From a virus (Duplodnaviria; Heunggongvirae; Uroviricota; Caudoviricetes): DNA of 64,000 bases. Both the position numbers and the translations under genes were made by a program. The notes beneath the pieces are model-generated. The model had not been told where the DNA came from and did not search any database. It was given only the letters and a program-made list of their open reading frames with translations. Every line of letters starts with the position of its first letter. Within the stretch, counting starts at the first letter, position 1. Shown here piece after piece: positions 43,228 to 53,070 of this stretch. The DNA lies in the IMG/VR virus record IMGVR_UViG_2609459800_000001, one strand, 5' to 3'.

Positions 43228-43234
43228 GTGTTAA

Positions 43235-44266
43235 ATGTCTAATTTACTGACCGTACACCAAAATTTGCCTGCATTACCGGTCGATGCAACGAGTGATGAG
43301 GTTCGCAAGAACCTGATGGACATGTTCAGGGATCGCCAGGCGTTTTCTGAGCATACCTGGAAAATGCTTCTGTCCGTTTGCCGGTCGTGGGCGGCATGGT
43401 GCAAGTTGAATAACCGGAAGTGGTTTCCCGCAGAACCTGAAGATGTTCGCGATTATCTTCTATATCTTCAGGCGCGCGGTCTGGCAGTGAAAACTATCCA
43501 GCAACATTTGGGCCAGCTAAATATGCTTCATCGTCGGTCCGGGCTGCCACGACCAAGTGACAGCAATGCTGTTTCACTGGTCATGCGACGGATCCGAAAA
43601 GAAAACGTTGATGCCGGTGAGCGTGCAAAACAGGCGCTGGCGTTCGAACGCACTGATTTCGACCAGGTTCGTTCACTCATGGAAAATAGCGATCGCTGCC
43701 AGGATATACGTAATCTGGCATTTCTGGGGATTGCTTATAACACCCTGTTACGTATAGCCGAAATTTCTAGGATCAGAGTTAAAGATATCTCACGTACTGA
43801 CGGTGGGAGAATGTTAATCCATATTGGCAGAACGAAAACGCTGGTTAGCACCGCTGGTGTAGAGAAGGCACTTAGTCTGGGGGTAACTAAACTGGTTGAG
43901 CGATGGATTTCTGTCTCTGGTGTGGCTGATGATCCGAATAACTTCTTGTTTTGCCGTGTCAGAAAAAATGGTGTTGCCGCGCCATCTGCCACCAGCCAGC
44001 TATCAACTCGCGCCCTGGAAGGGATTTTTGAAGCAACTCACCGATTGATTTACGGGGCTAAGGATGACTCTGGCCAGAGGTACCTGGCCTGGTCTGGACA
44101 CAGTGCCCGTGTCGGAGCCGCGCGAGATATGGCCCGTGCCGGAGTTTCAATACCGGAGATCATGCAAGCTGGTGGCTGGACCAACGTAAATATTGTCATG
44201 AACTATATCCGTAACCTGGATAGTGAAACAGGGGCAATGGTGCGCCTGCTGGAAGATGGCGATTAG
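43235..44266 (+). CDS. cre: Cre tyrosine recombinase
   Basis: ORF track 343 aa MSNLLTVHQNLPALPVDATSDEVRKNLMDMFRDRQAFSEHTWKMLLSVCRSWAAWCKLNNRKWFPAEPEDVRDYLLYLQARGLAVKTIQQHLGQLNMLHRRSGLPRPSDSNAV...; recognised as Cre. Confidence 0.95.
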   Translation: MSNLLTVHQNLPALPVDATSDEVRKNLMDMFRDRQAFSEHTWKMLLSVCRSWAAWCKLNNRKWFPAEPEDVRDYLLYLQARGLAVKTIQQHLGQLNMLHRRSGLPRPSDSNAVSLVMRRIRKENVDAGERAKQALAFERTDFDQVRSLMENSDRCQDIRNLAFLGIAYNTLLRIAEISRIRVKDISRTDGGRMLIHIGRTKTLVSTAGVEKALSLGVTKLVERWISVSGVADDPNNFLFCRVRKNGVAAPSATSQLSTRALEGIFEATHRLIYGAKDDSGQRYLAWSGHSARVGAARDMARAGVSIPEIMQAGGWTNVNIVMNYIRNLDSETGAMVRLLEDGD

Positions 44267-44283
44267 CCATTAACGCGTAAATG

Positions 44284-44300
44284 ATTGCTCTAATTCTTTG
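44284..44300 (+). promoter_or_regulatory. C1 operator-like site
   Basis: ATTGCTCTAATTCTTTG, 13/17 to consensus, upstream of 44317 gene. Confidence 0.45.
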
Positions 44301-44316
44301 ATATTTATGGTGACAT

Positions 44317-44628
44317 ATGAGAAAGGATTTCAACATCGACGGAAAATATGTAGTGCTGTCTGTGAGCACTAATATTCAGTCGCCAGCCGTCATTGTCACT
44401 GTAAAGCTGAGCGATAGAATGCCTGATATTGACTCAATATCCGTTGCGTTCCCTGTCAGAAGTATGCGTAGTGCTGAACATTTCGTGATGAATGCCACCG
44501 AGGAAGAAGCACGGCGCGGTTTTGCTAAAGTAGTGTCTGACTTTGGCGAACTCTTGGATAAGGTTAACAATGTCCTTTCAATCAGTTCAGCAAGGTCCAA
44601 AGCGTTAACAGCTTCCATGATGAAATAA
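44317..44628 (+). CDS. hypothetical protein downstream of cre (cra-like position)
   Basis: ORF track 103 aa. Confidence 0.4.
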   Translation: MRKDFNIDGKYVVLSVSTNIQSPAVIVTVKLSDRMPDIDSISVAFPVRSMRSAEHFVMNATEEEARRGFAKVVSDFGELLDKVNNVLSISSARSKALTASMMK

Positions 44629-44633
44629 AAAAA

Positions 44634-44652
44634 GCCTGGCAAGGAGCCAGGC
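44634..44652 (-). terminator. hairpin with adjacent A/T run (terminator for leftward transcription)
   Basis: GCCTGGC-AAGGA-GCCAGGC preceded on plus strand by AAAAAAA. Confidence 0.45.
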
Positions 44653-44755
44653 TGCACTAAAGACCGGGTTTGTGTTCCGCATCCAATCAATCAGAAAGGA
44701 GTATAGCACATAGATACTAAAGTGAAAAAATGTGACTGAAGATAAACAATATAAC

Positions 44756-44772
44756 ATTGCTCTAATTGATTG
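44756..44772 (+). promoter_or_regulatory. C1 operator-like site followed by TATAAT
   Basis: ATTGCTCTAATTGATTG then TGTTATAATTGAG. Confidence 0.45.
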
Positions 44773-44976
44773 TTATAATTGAGCCGTGGCGTTAGTCAAC
44801 TACGAAGACGTGGCCATTACCTACTTAACCAGTTCCGCCAGGGCAGCAGAGTAGGTTTCATCTCGGATGTACCATGCCTGCATGTTTTCCAGAGAAGCCC
44901 GCGAGGTTCCCGGACAGGACTCTGCCATTGCGATAGATTAAATGCAATAACCTAAAAGCGATAACGTGGTGGAAAA

Positions 44977-45614
44977 ATGTTCATCAGAGCTTATTTAAGG
45001 GCATCAACGGAAGATCAGTTTGCCGATCGGGCAAAAGAGATGCTGGGGCAGTTTGTTCAGGAGCGGGGACATAAAATAGCCAGTTACTACCGGGAGAACA
45101 TAAGCGGTACAAAACTCGACCGCCCGGAACTGGGACGCTTACTGATGGACAGCCACCGCAATGATATTTTACTGGTCGAGCAAATTGACCGCCTGACCCG
45201 TCTGAGTAACAGTGACTGGATTACGCTGAAAAAGCAGATAGAACAACACGAACTGCGGATTGTCGCCTGGATGTATCCACCTCATGGCAGGCGCTGTCAG
45301 ATAAAGACCCTTCGCAGGCTGACCCAATCACCCGCGCCGTGATAACCGCCATCAATAACATGCTTATCGACCTGATGGCCGCGATGTCGCATAAGGACTG
45401 GCTGAGCCGTCGCCAACGGCAACAACAGGGAATTGAACGGGCTCATACGCTGGGTAAATACCGGGGATAACAGGCCGATCAGGAACGGCATCAGAAAGTC
45501 CTGTACTACCGGCAGGTCAAGAAACTAAGTATCCATGAAACGGTAGATGCGACAGGGTACAGTCCTTCACAGATATGCCGCATTCAAGAGAGCCTGAATC
45601 GGAATAAAAAGTAG
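44977..45614 (+). pseudogene. serine recombinase (resolvase) pseudogene, frameshifted and interrupted by a stop
   Basis: N-terminal catalytic domain MFIRAYLRASTEDQ (track ORF 44977..45342); continuation in another frame ...DPITRAVITAINNMLIDLMA...GKYRG, TAA stop, then HTH-like LSIHETVDATGYSPSQICRI. Confidence 0.6.
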
Positions 45615-45713
45615 CCCTGGCGTTAATGGATTACCTTTCCAGGCTAAGCTCATTGCTCCTGTCAGATACGCAGCCCTGCCTGTAATAATACAGACTGGGC
45701 AATGTGTTGCCAC

Positions 45714-46115
45714 TCAGGCTGACAACTGTCGGAGGATATCCGCTGTATTATAATGAGCCCGTTTTTCTATATATTTCCCGTCCTTCAGAGTGATCATAAA
45801 TATCAGAGAAAAGCGCACTTTCCTGCCGCTGGCAGGATGCCCAAGGAATTCACGGGTCTGCACGCCTTCAAAGATAAGATAGCAGGCGACTTTATCGTCT
45901 CTGGCAAAGATTTCGTGGATACGCATTGTAAATCCCGGAAAAGCATCCATATGGCCTTTTTCCTGTACGATAAACTGCTCACTGTTCAGCGGTGTATCCA
46001 CCTGAGAATAGAATTTAAAATCCGGATGGCAGAGGTTTTTCACCTCATCATATTTATTTTCTTCAATCAGACGATAAAACTTTTTAACCGTTTTGATATT
46101 TTCTTCAACAGACAT
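45714..46115 (-). CDS. SnoaL-like / NTF2-fold protein
   Basis: ORF track 45714..46127; start set at MSVEENIKTVKKFY with GAGGTG upstream. Confidence 0.5.
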   Translation of the reverse strand: MSVEENIKTVKKFYRLIEENKYDEVKNLCHPDFKFYSQVDTPLNSEQFIVQEKGHMDAFPGFTMRIHEIFARDDKVACYLIFEGVQTREFLGHPASGRKVRFSLIFMITLKDGKYIEKRAHYNTADILRQLSA

Positions 46116-46123
46116 ATTGCACC

Positions 46124-47113
46124 TCATTTTTCAGTTTCTTTACCTGCCGGAATATTGCCTGCCGGCGTTCCGTTAAATGTTTTTCGCCATTCACTGGGAC
46201 TGACTCCCATCCGCTGCCGGAATATCTGCCGGAAAGTAATGGTGGACTGAAAGCCTGCCAGTTCGGCAACCCGCTCCACTGCAATATCTGTACTTTCCAG
46301 CAGTTCCTGACTCCGCCGGAGACGCTCTGTGGTGATCCACTCCCAGACCGTCATTCCTGTGGCCGAATGAAAATGGCGTGTAAGCGTTCTTCGGCTCATG
46401 GAGGCTAAATGGGCCAGAGTGTCAATATCATGTGGTAATCCCAGATTTGCGGACAGGTATTCCAGCAGCTGGTTTATGCGGTTATCGGACGTACTTTTGG
46501 GAATAAGCAGTTGCCGGTACTGTGCCTGTCCGCCTTCCCGGTAAGGAGGAGCAACCATCCGGCGGGCTATTTGATTAGCCGTATATCTGCCCAGGCGTTG
46601 CCGGATCACATGGAGACAACAGTCCAGTGCTGCGGCTGTACCGGCTGAGGTGATAATCCGCTCGTCCTCAACATAAAGCACGTTCACGTCCAGATGAACC
46701 GCCGGGAAAAGCATCTGGAAATCCCGTTCAGCCTCCCAGTGCGTGGCCGCCCGTTTACCATCCAGCAGACCGGTGTAAGCCAGAACAAAACTCCCCAGGC
46801 ACAGGCCCACCACCTGAGCTCCATTTTTCCAGGCTGCAACCAGGGCACTGAGCAGAGTTTCAGAAGGCCTTTCATGGATGTGTTTCCAGAAAGGAATAAT
46901 AACGATATCGGCCTCTGCCAGTGCATCAAGCCCGTATTCTGCCCTCATCGCCGTACCTTCAGCAGACCAGATAAGCCCGGGCTCTTCCGCACATACCCGG
47001 CGGCTGAAGAGAGCCTTCCCTTCCAGTATCTCCCCGAACAGGATTAGTGGAACGGAGACATGAAATGTACTGAACCCTTCGGTGATCACTATAGCGACAG
47101 TGATGGTGGACAT
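46124..47113 (-). CDS. GlxA-family transcriptional regulator (DJ-1/PfpI domain plus AraC-type HTH)
   Basis: ORF track 329 aa; C-terminal AraC HTH (RRTLTRHFHSATGMTVWEWITTERLRRSQELLESTD). Confidence 0.65.
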   Translation of the reverse strand: MSTITVAIVITEGFSTFHVSVPLILFGEILEGKALFSRRVCAEEPGLIWSAEGTAMRAEYGLDALAEADIVIIPFWKHIHERPSETLLSALVAAWKNGAQVVGLCLGSFVLAYTGLLDGKRAATHWEAERDFQMLFPAVHLDVNVLYVEDERIITSAGTAAALDCCLHVIRQRLGRYTANQIARRMVAPPYREGGQAQYRQLLIPKSTSDNRINQLLEYLSANLGLPHDIDTLAHLASMSRRTLTRHFHSATGMTVWEWITTERLRRSQELLESTDIAVERVAELAGFQSTITFRQIFRQRMGVSPSEWRKTFNGTPAGNIPAGKETEK

Positions 47114-47128
47114 GCCATGGCCTCCGGG

Positions 47129-47905
47129 TTAAATCGTAACTGATTCACCATCAGCAGGAACGGCAACTGACGCCTGGATCTGGTTATCGCGGGCATATTC
47201 CAGCAGTTCCTGACGGGTCAGCAGACAGTGGTTTACGGCCTCCATGTGCGTTGCCACAATCAGTGCCTCTGGTACGATACGATGGGCTTTCAGGACATCT
47301 TCCCTGCCGAAAATAATGGGGCCGAATCCGAGAACATGCGCCCAGCCCGTATTCATAATAACGACGCCAGGATTGAACCGACGTAAATTATCCTCTACAG
47401 CCTTGATCCAGATGGTATCCCCGACCAGATAGAGCGTTTTTTCGGACGGATGCTGGAAGACCACCCCACAGGCATCCCCAAGGATTGCTGCGAGTTGCGG
47501 GTTAGCATAGGCTTCGTCCGAACCATGCTGACAAACGGTTTTAATAAGTGAAATTTCGCCAAATGTGCTTTTGTCAGACAGAATAACAAGGTTGCTGAAG
47601 CCCTGGGAACGCAGGATCTTTTCATCATGTTCATTCTGAACATAAATCAGTTTATCTTTCGGGATGTGCGCAACAGCCGCTTCATCCCAGTGGTCAGGGT
47701 GTGTGTGGGTGACAATAATGGCATCCACATCCAGCAGTACATCAAGGTCAAAAGGCAGCTCAGTCATCGGGATGCGGATATCTGACCGGGCCGTTCCTTC
47801 GAATCCCGGATAGGCTTCTTTTTTCGCAAGCATCGGATCGACAAGAAATTTTTTACCAGCGTAAGAAATGAGTTGTGTGGCGTTACGTACCTGGATGATC
47901 TTCAT
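47129..47905 (-). CDS. MBL-fold metallo-hydrolase
   Basis: ORF track 258 aa; THTHPDHW metal-binding motif. Confidence 0.65.
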   Translation of the reverse strand: MKIIQVRNATQLISYAGKKFLVDPMLAKKEAYPGFEGTARSDIRIPMTELPFDLDVLLDVDAIIVTHTHPDHWDEAAVAHIPKDKLIYVQNEHDEKILRSQGFSNLVILSDKSTFGEISLIKTVCQHGSDEAYANPQLAAILGDACGVVFQHPSEKTLYLVGDTIWIKAVEDNLRRFNPGVVIMNTGWAHVLGFGPIIFGREDVLKAHRIVPEALIVATHMEAVNHCLLTRQELLEYARDNQIQASVAVPADGESVTI

Positions 47906-48120
47906 TTTAGCAAGTCCTGTATTGGTTAATAACCATCAGAGCCATATCATGATGGCCTAATGTGATAATTATGATTAAATCAGGCCTGCCTGCCACTGAA
48001 ATAATGCCATATTTGGATGATATCAGGCCATTCTTCTGGCTCTCAGGTTTCAGGAATATGTCTGCTGAAAGCGGGTACAGATCTGACGCATTGAAGGGAA
48101 GTATCGTCCTTTAAGGCTTA

Positions 48121-48510
48121 TTGATGTCAGCCAGTACAAAAAATCATCTTAACGTACAATATCTTCCGTTTCCCAAACGGAGCCCACCAACGACGGAGGA
48201 ACGGCGCGTCGCCAATGCTCTTGGCGCTCTCCCCTGCATTGCCTGCTATATGCATGGAGTAATATCTAATGAGGTGTCTCTGCACCATATCGCCGGTCGT
48301 ACCGCGCCGGGTTGTCATAAAAAGCAATTGCCACTTTGTAGATGGCACCACCAGCATGCAGCTCCGGCGGAAGTAAGAGAAAAATACCCATGGCTGGTCC
48401 CTGTTCATGCCGATGGTGTGGTTGGAGGCAAGAAAGAATTCACCTTGCTGAACAAGTCAGAGATGGAGTTACTGGCTGACGCCTATGAGATGGCAAATAT
48501 CATGCACTAA
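48121..48510 (+). CDS. HNH-motif protein (possibly Ref-like)
   Basis: ORF track 129 aa; CIACYMHG...HHIAG...CRWHH. Confidence 0.4.
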   Translation: MMSASTKNHLNVQYLPFPKRSPPTTEERRVANALGALPCIACYMHGVISNEVSLHHIAGRTAPGCHKKQLPLCRWHHQHAAPAEVREKYPWLVPVHADGVVGGKKEFTLLNKSEMELLADAYEMANIMH

Positions 48511-48698
48511 TAAATATATTATTTTTAATGATAAATGATTGACAACTGACAAGTGACTTCAGTCAGAATCATCACACGCCCGGTACGGATGGATCCCTTT
48601 TCAAATATTCCATGGACGGCACAGTCTGAGTACCGGGCGCTACCTTCAGTTGTATTGCTAAGCCGCCGCTGGTGGCTTTTCTTTTTTGTAGGGGCGCT

Positions 48699-49340
48699 AT
48701 GGATAAGAAAATATGCGTTGTTTCAATGAGCGTCGGCAAACCGGCGTCAATGACTGCTGCATGGATCAACAATGAGCTGATAATGGCTGAGCGGACCAGC
48801 TACCCTGAACGCCGCCGCGATATGGAACTCCAGCTGCTGCGCGAATTGCGAGAAAAAGAGGAAAAGGGTTTTATCGTGCTGGTGGAAGAGGAAAACAGCT
48901 TTATTACCGGTCAAGTTGGCCAGCGTGTAAGGTTGCGTGATCCCTTCATGAACGGCAGACCGGTACTGATTGAAGCAATGCAGATTTACAAGGAATTGGA
49001 ACGCCAGAAAGCGATCAAGTTACCGCGCAAGGAATCCGGCAAATACATCCTTCACCAAAGCATCTTCGATTCCGAACACGATAAAAAAGGCGATGAATTT
49101 TTCAACATCAACTGGAGCGAAATAACGACAGAGCATGTTCTGACGTTACTATGTTGCTTTGCGACGGAATACAACAACGTTGCCAGCGCCGACTACATCA
49201 GGGCAATGGCTGGAGAAGTTGAAGCCCGCCAGGAACCATCGTTACTAAGTCCACTTATTAACATAATTCTGGGTACCCAGACACTGGAACAAAAAAAAGT
49301 GCCGAAAGGGGTATTAACAGGCAAGCATAATTATTTCTAA
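48699..49340 (+). CDS. hypothetical protein
   Basis: ORF track 48672..49340; start set at Met 10 (MDKKICVVSMSVGK). Confidence 0.4.
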   Translation: MDKKICVVSMSVGKPASMTAAWINNELIMAERTSYPERRRDMELQLLRELREKEEKGFIVLVEEENSFITGQVGQRVRLRDPFMNGRPVLIEAMQIYKELERQKAIKLPRKESGKYILHQSIFDSEHDKKGDEFFNINWSEITTEHVLTLLCCFATEYNNVASADYIRAMAGEVEARQEPSLLSPLINIILGTQTLEQKKVPKGVLTGKHNYF

Positions 49341-49506
49341 TAATTTATAGTGGGGACTTTTGATGGTGTAAAACCCCATGAATTATTATTTTTTAGTTTT
49401 TTGATTCTATTTTTTTTGCATTACCCGTCATAAAAATGAGCTTGCTTACATAATAGAAAATTATTTTATCAACACTATTACAACAAACGATTATCACTGA
49501 TAACAT

Positions 49507-49530
49507 GAGTCCTTTGAAAACAAAGGACTC
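49507..49530 (+). promoter_or_regulatory. perfect 10-bp-arm hairpin 8 nt upstream of GNAT start codon
   Basis: GAGTCCTTTG-AAAA-CAAAGGACTC then ACCATACT-ATG; no obvious SD between. Confidence 0.4.
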
Positions 49531-49538
49531 ACCATACT

Positions 49539-50147
49539 ATGTCTAATACCTCGGCAAATGAAATTGTACCGCACTTACCGCTAATTTTCGAAAATGAAGC
49601 TAATGGGATTCTTCAGGATCTGGCCTATACTCCATCGCTTATGGGGTTGATGATGTTCCCGACAGAAGAGGAGCTGAAAGCAGCGAGAAGCTACATAATT
49701 AACGTTTTTGAAGAGTGTTACCGAGCCGGTCATTTGCGCATTATGGGCTTTACTAATGAAGAAAACTTGTTCGGATACGCCTTAATCTTCGGACATCCAT
49801 CGGGAAATTTTCCGTTGTACTGTCATAAAATATATGTATATGAGCAATATCGTGGTAATGGACTTGGAAGTAATATACTGGCAGAAATACTTGCATTTCC
49901 AAATGAGGTCGCTTTGATTTGCCAGTCTGATTTGGTTCCTTTTTATGAATCAGCCGGAATGCACTTTAAAGGAAATTACACCACTCCATCAGTCGCCAAT
50001 TTCAAAAAAACTCGCGGCATGTATGAGGGGCTTTGTTTGATGAGCACTGAAAAAAATGCAAACTCTAATGGTGTACCTATATTCATGCTGAACGATAACG
50101 ATATTGATAACATCATACAGGCTATCGCATCATCGGCACCACGATAA
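49539..50147 (+). CDS. GNAT-family N-acetyltransferase (AT-rich accessory gene)
   Basis: ORF track 202 aa; acetyl-CoA motif YVYEQYRGNGLGSNIL; AT-rich gene and 200-bp AT-rich upstream region. Confidence 0.55.
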   Translation: MSNTSANEIVPHLPLIFENEANGILQDLAYTPSLMGLMMFPTEEELKAARSYIINVFEECYRAGHLRIMGFTNEENLFGYALIFGHPSGNFPLYCHKIYVYEQYRGNGLGSNILAEILAFPNEVALICQSDLVPFYESAGMHFKGNYTTPSVANFKKTRGMYEGLCLMSTEKNANSNGVPIFMLNDNDIDNIIQAIASSAPR

Positions 50148-50229
50148 TATTAATAATTCATCTCGCCGCAGGAACTACAAACCAGTTGATTGTTTGTGAA
50201 ACGCCCGGTGCAAACCGGGCCAACAAAAC

Positions 50230-50478
50230 TCAATCAGCATTTAGTAGCAGAGCATTATCTATGATGATCTGCTCCCATTCTTCGAATGCCCGGTCGCGGA
50301 CGCCCTGGGGAACGCTGTTTGTTTTGAAATCGACGACCGTCCGCCATTTTCCGTCAGGACGGTACATGCGCAGAGCTTTACTTCCCCCTTCCCTGCGCAC
50401 CTCAACGTTATGCTTGTCAGCAAACTCTTGTAATGCTCGTAGCGTCCCATGCTTTACTGTGTAGTATCGCTTTTTCAA
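50230..50478 (-). CDS. small basic protein (possible lxc/bof-like position)
   Basis: ORF track 82 aa. Confidence 0.35.
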   Translation of the reverse strand: MKKRYYTVKHGTLRALQEFADKHNVEVRREGGSKALRMYRPDGKWRTVVDFKTNSVPQGVRDRAFEEWEQIIIDNALLLNAD

Positions 50479-50915
50479 GTTTTATCTCCAGCCTGTGCTA
50501 AGGCTTCAACTTCCAAATCGTAAGACTCAAACTCATAGTCCTGGTCGTCAACTTCTTCAGGCACTGGCAGTAAATGCCAGGCTGAGTATATCTGACCATT
50601 ATCAAAACGCTCCTGGCTGTAGAGCGTCGCGGCTATGAGTGTTAGCGCCGGGCGGTCATAACGGTAAATTTTGCGAACGTCACGGTCAACGAGACGACCG
50701 AAATTACCATAACCGCGCTCCAGTAATAATTTTTTAATTTCCGGCCAGTATGGACCATAGCTGCGGTACAGGCGGGGATTTTTCAGTAATCGCCCGCGTA
50801 GCCCTGACAGGAAGAAATCAACGTATTCGTCTTCTGTTTTTCCTAACAACGCTGTACGGAGTACCGCCTCAAGATATGTTTTATTCGGTTTTATTGTATC
50901 AGATAGTGTGACCAT
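50475..50915 (-). CDS. hypothetical protein
   Basis: ORF track 146 aa; stop overlaps next gene start. Confidence 0.4.
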   Translation of the reverse strand: MVTLSDTIKPNKTYLEAVLRTALLGKTEDEYVDFFLSGLRGRLLKNPRLYRSYGPYWPEIKKLLLERGYGNFGRLVDRDVRKIYRYDRPALTLIAATLYSQERFDNGQIYSAWHLLPVPEEVDDQDYEFESYDLEVEALAQAGDKT

Positions 50916-50948
50916 ATTATGCGACGCCCGGCGAACCGGGCGCTCCTG

Positions 50949-52316
50949 TTATGCGTATTGTTGGATGACGGCCAGAACGTCCGACACGTTGTGTTTTGTC
51001 TCGATAATCCACCAGTTGCCCGGGAAATCGCTGTTCTTCGCCTTCGCTGGCACCCAGCGAGCGCCGAATTTTTCCTTGATTGCGTCTTTAGCACGGAAAA
51101 GAACGCCTTTCATGCCGGACGCCTCCTGAAGCCCAAATACCTCGCCAGCGGCGAATTTTGGTGCGTACATCATCTTCAGGTCGGCGGTGGATACGCGATA
51201 ATTCAGACCAAGAGACTGAGCTATGCTGGTGGCATCACCCTGTATTGATGATAACTCTTCTTGTTTCTCGTTTCTGGCGGCAATTTCTTCCTCCGTGATG
51301 TTGCCAAGGGCCAGGTTTATCCGATCAGCGTCGGCCTGTTTCTCTTCATCGGTGCGCCCGGCAAGAACCGTGTTAATTCTCTGCAATATCTCCACATGAT
51401 TCTTGCGCATGCTGAGCAATTCCGGCGTAACATCGTTAAGATCCACCAGCCCAAGGATGGCAAGGTCGGAAAACATTGATACCAGGTTGTAGGTCATGCG
51501 ATAGCTGAGTTGGCTATAGGCTGATGGCAACTGCACCGCATCCATTTGATAGGCATCCATAAATTTAGAGCCGTCGTTTACGACATCCGCAATTGCCGGT
51601 GTGATTTTCCCTGTGGTGGCGGCCTCCCTGATTGCTGTTACCCACGATTGAGTCAGCGCGGCGACTGCATGATTCAGATTGGCTTTCCGTTCTGCTGCAA
51701 TGCGCGCGCTTGCTGCGTCCATTGCCTGCTTGATCTCGTCTTTATTGCTGTAAATGCCAATGGGACCAAACTGTGTTGTGGTGATCTCATAATCTGACGC
51801 CCGGAACTCATTGGTACCGAAAATGGCATTGGTGACCTCAAGTTCAGAATCCCCGTTACGAGTAGCCCCCTGACTTGTTTTCTCCGGCATTTTTGCGATC
51901 GCATCCGCTATTTTCTCCTGAATTGCTTCAGGGGATAGCGTATCTCCGTATGACGCGATTACATCGCTATAATTGGATCCAAACAGTTCAGTCAGGAATA
52001 CTTCTGCCAAACGGACCTGGCGGTTATTCCCTTCCGACATCATACCAAGCACCCATTTAGCAATTGACGACTTCAGCGCGCCGTCACGGCGATCCGGGTA
52101 AACCGCATGCTTCAGTGGGTCCGTATAGGTACCAACAAAATCAATGCTATAGCCTGACTCTGTAGTCTGAACGCCGTATGAGTCAGTGATTTTGATCATG
52201 CCGCGCTGCTGGAAACGGTAGAAATCGTCACAGGAAATGATGTCGTTAATCCCGGCGATGGAGACGCCACCACTGATTTTCTGCATAACAGCATCTTCAT
52301 CGGGAGTTACATCCAC
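50949..52316 (-). CDS. hypothetical protein, possible C-terminal portion of a disrupted DarB-like gene
   Basis: ORF track 455 aa; lies downstream (same strand) of the interrupted methyltransferase/helicase ORFs. Confidence 0.3.
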   Translation of the reverse strand: MDVTPDEDAVMQKISGGVSIAGINDIISCDDFYRFQQRGMIKITDSYGVQTTESGYSIDFVGTYTDPLKHAVYPDRRDGALKSSIAKWVLGMMSEGNNRQVRLAEVFLTELFGSNYSDVIASYGDTLSPEAIQEKIADAIAKMPEKTSQGATRNGDSELEVTNAIFGTNEFRASDYEITTTQFGPIGIYSNKDEIKQAMDAASARIAAERKANLNHAVAALTQSWVTAIREAATTGKITPAIADVVNDGSKFMDAYQMDAVQLPSAYSQLSYRMTYNLVSMFSDLAILGLVDLNDVTPELLSMRKNHVEILQRINTVLAGRTDEEKQADADRINLALGNITEEEIAARNEKQEELSSIQGDATSIAQSLGLNYRVSTADLKMMYAPKFAAGEVFGLQEASGMKGVLFRAKDAIKEKFGARWVPAKAKNSDFPGNWWIIETKHNVSDVLAVIQQYA

Positions 52317-53070
52317 CTGTTATCCAGCGTCTTCACATCCCAGTTACCCGATTTGGTGCCTTTGAAGGTAAAGATGATCTCCACGTCTGCGCGCTGGCTG
52401 TCGAAGTCCAGCGACTTAATGCGAACGATATCACCGGCACAATCGTAGTATTGGCCTACACGCCATGAGCGATCGCCGATAACAAGGAACTCACTCGCAT
52501 GGTTAACCAGGTCAGGATCAACATCCAGAATGCCTTTATTTATTGCATCCTCCACCAGTGGGCGCAGGCGTTTGATATCCGTCGCGGCCTTCTGAGTACG
52601 GTTCAATAATTTCTCATAGCGGGAGATGGCTTGAGAGATATTAGCCTTGCGCTGAATGGCGCTTTTCAACGACGCGCGATACTGTGCTAACAACATACGG
52701 TCTGTGTGATGGACACTCCCCCAGCGGGCCTTCCAGTCTGCGTTATCAGCTGCTTTGGCCATTACCGCCTGTTTGAATTTAGCTACCTCGGCGGTGGTCT
52801 TTTCAAATTCCGCTTTGCTTCGCTCTAATTCAGCGGTAAGTACCTCCACATCCTCACCAGCTGCGTGCTGCGCCTTGATGTAGTTCTGAAGGTCGATAGT
52901 AGCCTGTTCTTTCTGGCGAGCGCGTTGCGCGGCTTTCGCCTTATCCATTTGAACCTGCATCATTGCCAGACGTTCACCGTCATCCTTCGCGGTATACATC
53001 TGCATTTCGATCATATCATTGGCGTCGGCGTTCTCCATTTCTGACTTATCTGAACGGAGGATATCGGAGA
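52307..53070 (-). pseudogene. ORF fragment truncated at left inverted repeat (part of disrupted DarB-like gene?)
   Basis: Track ORF 52307..53098 starts on TTG inside the repeat; frame is open right up to the repeat boundary. Confidence 0.35.
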
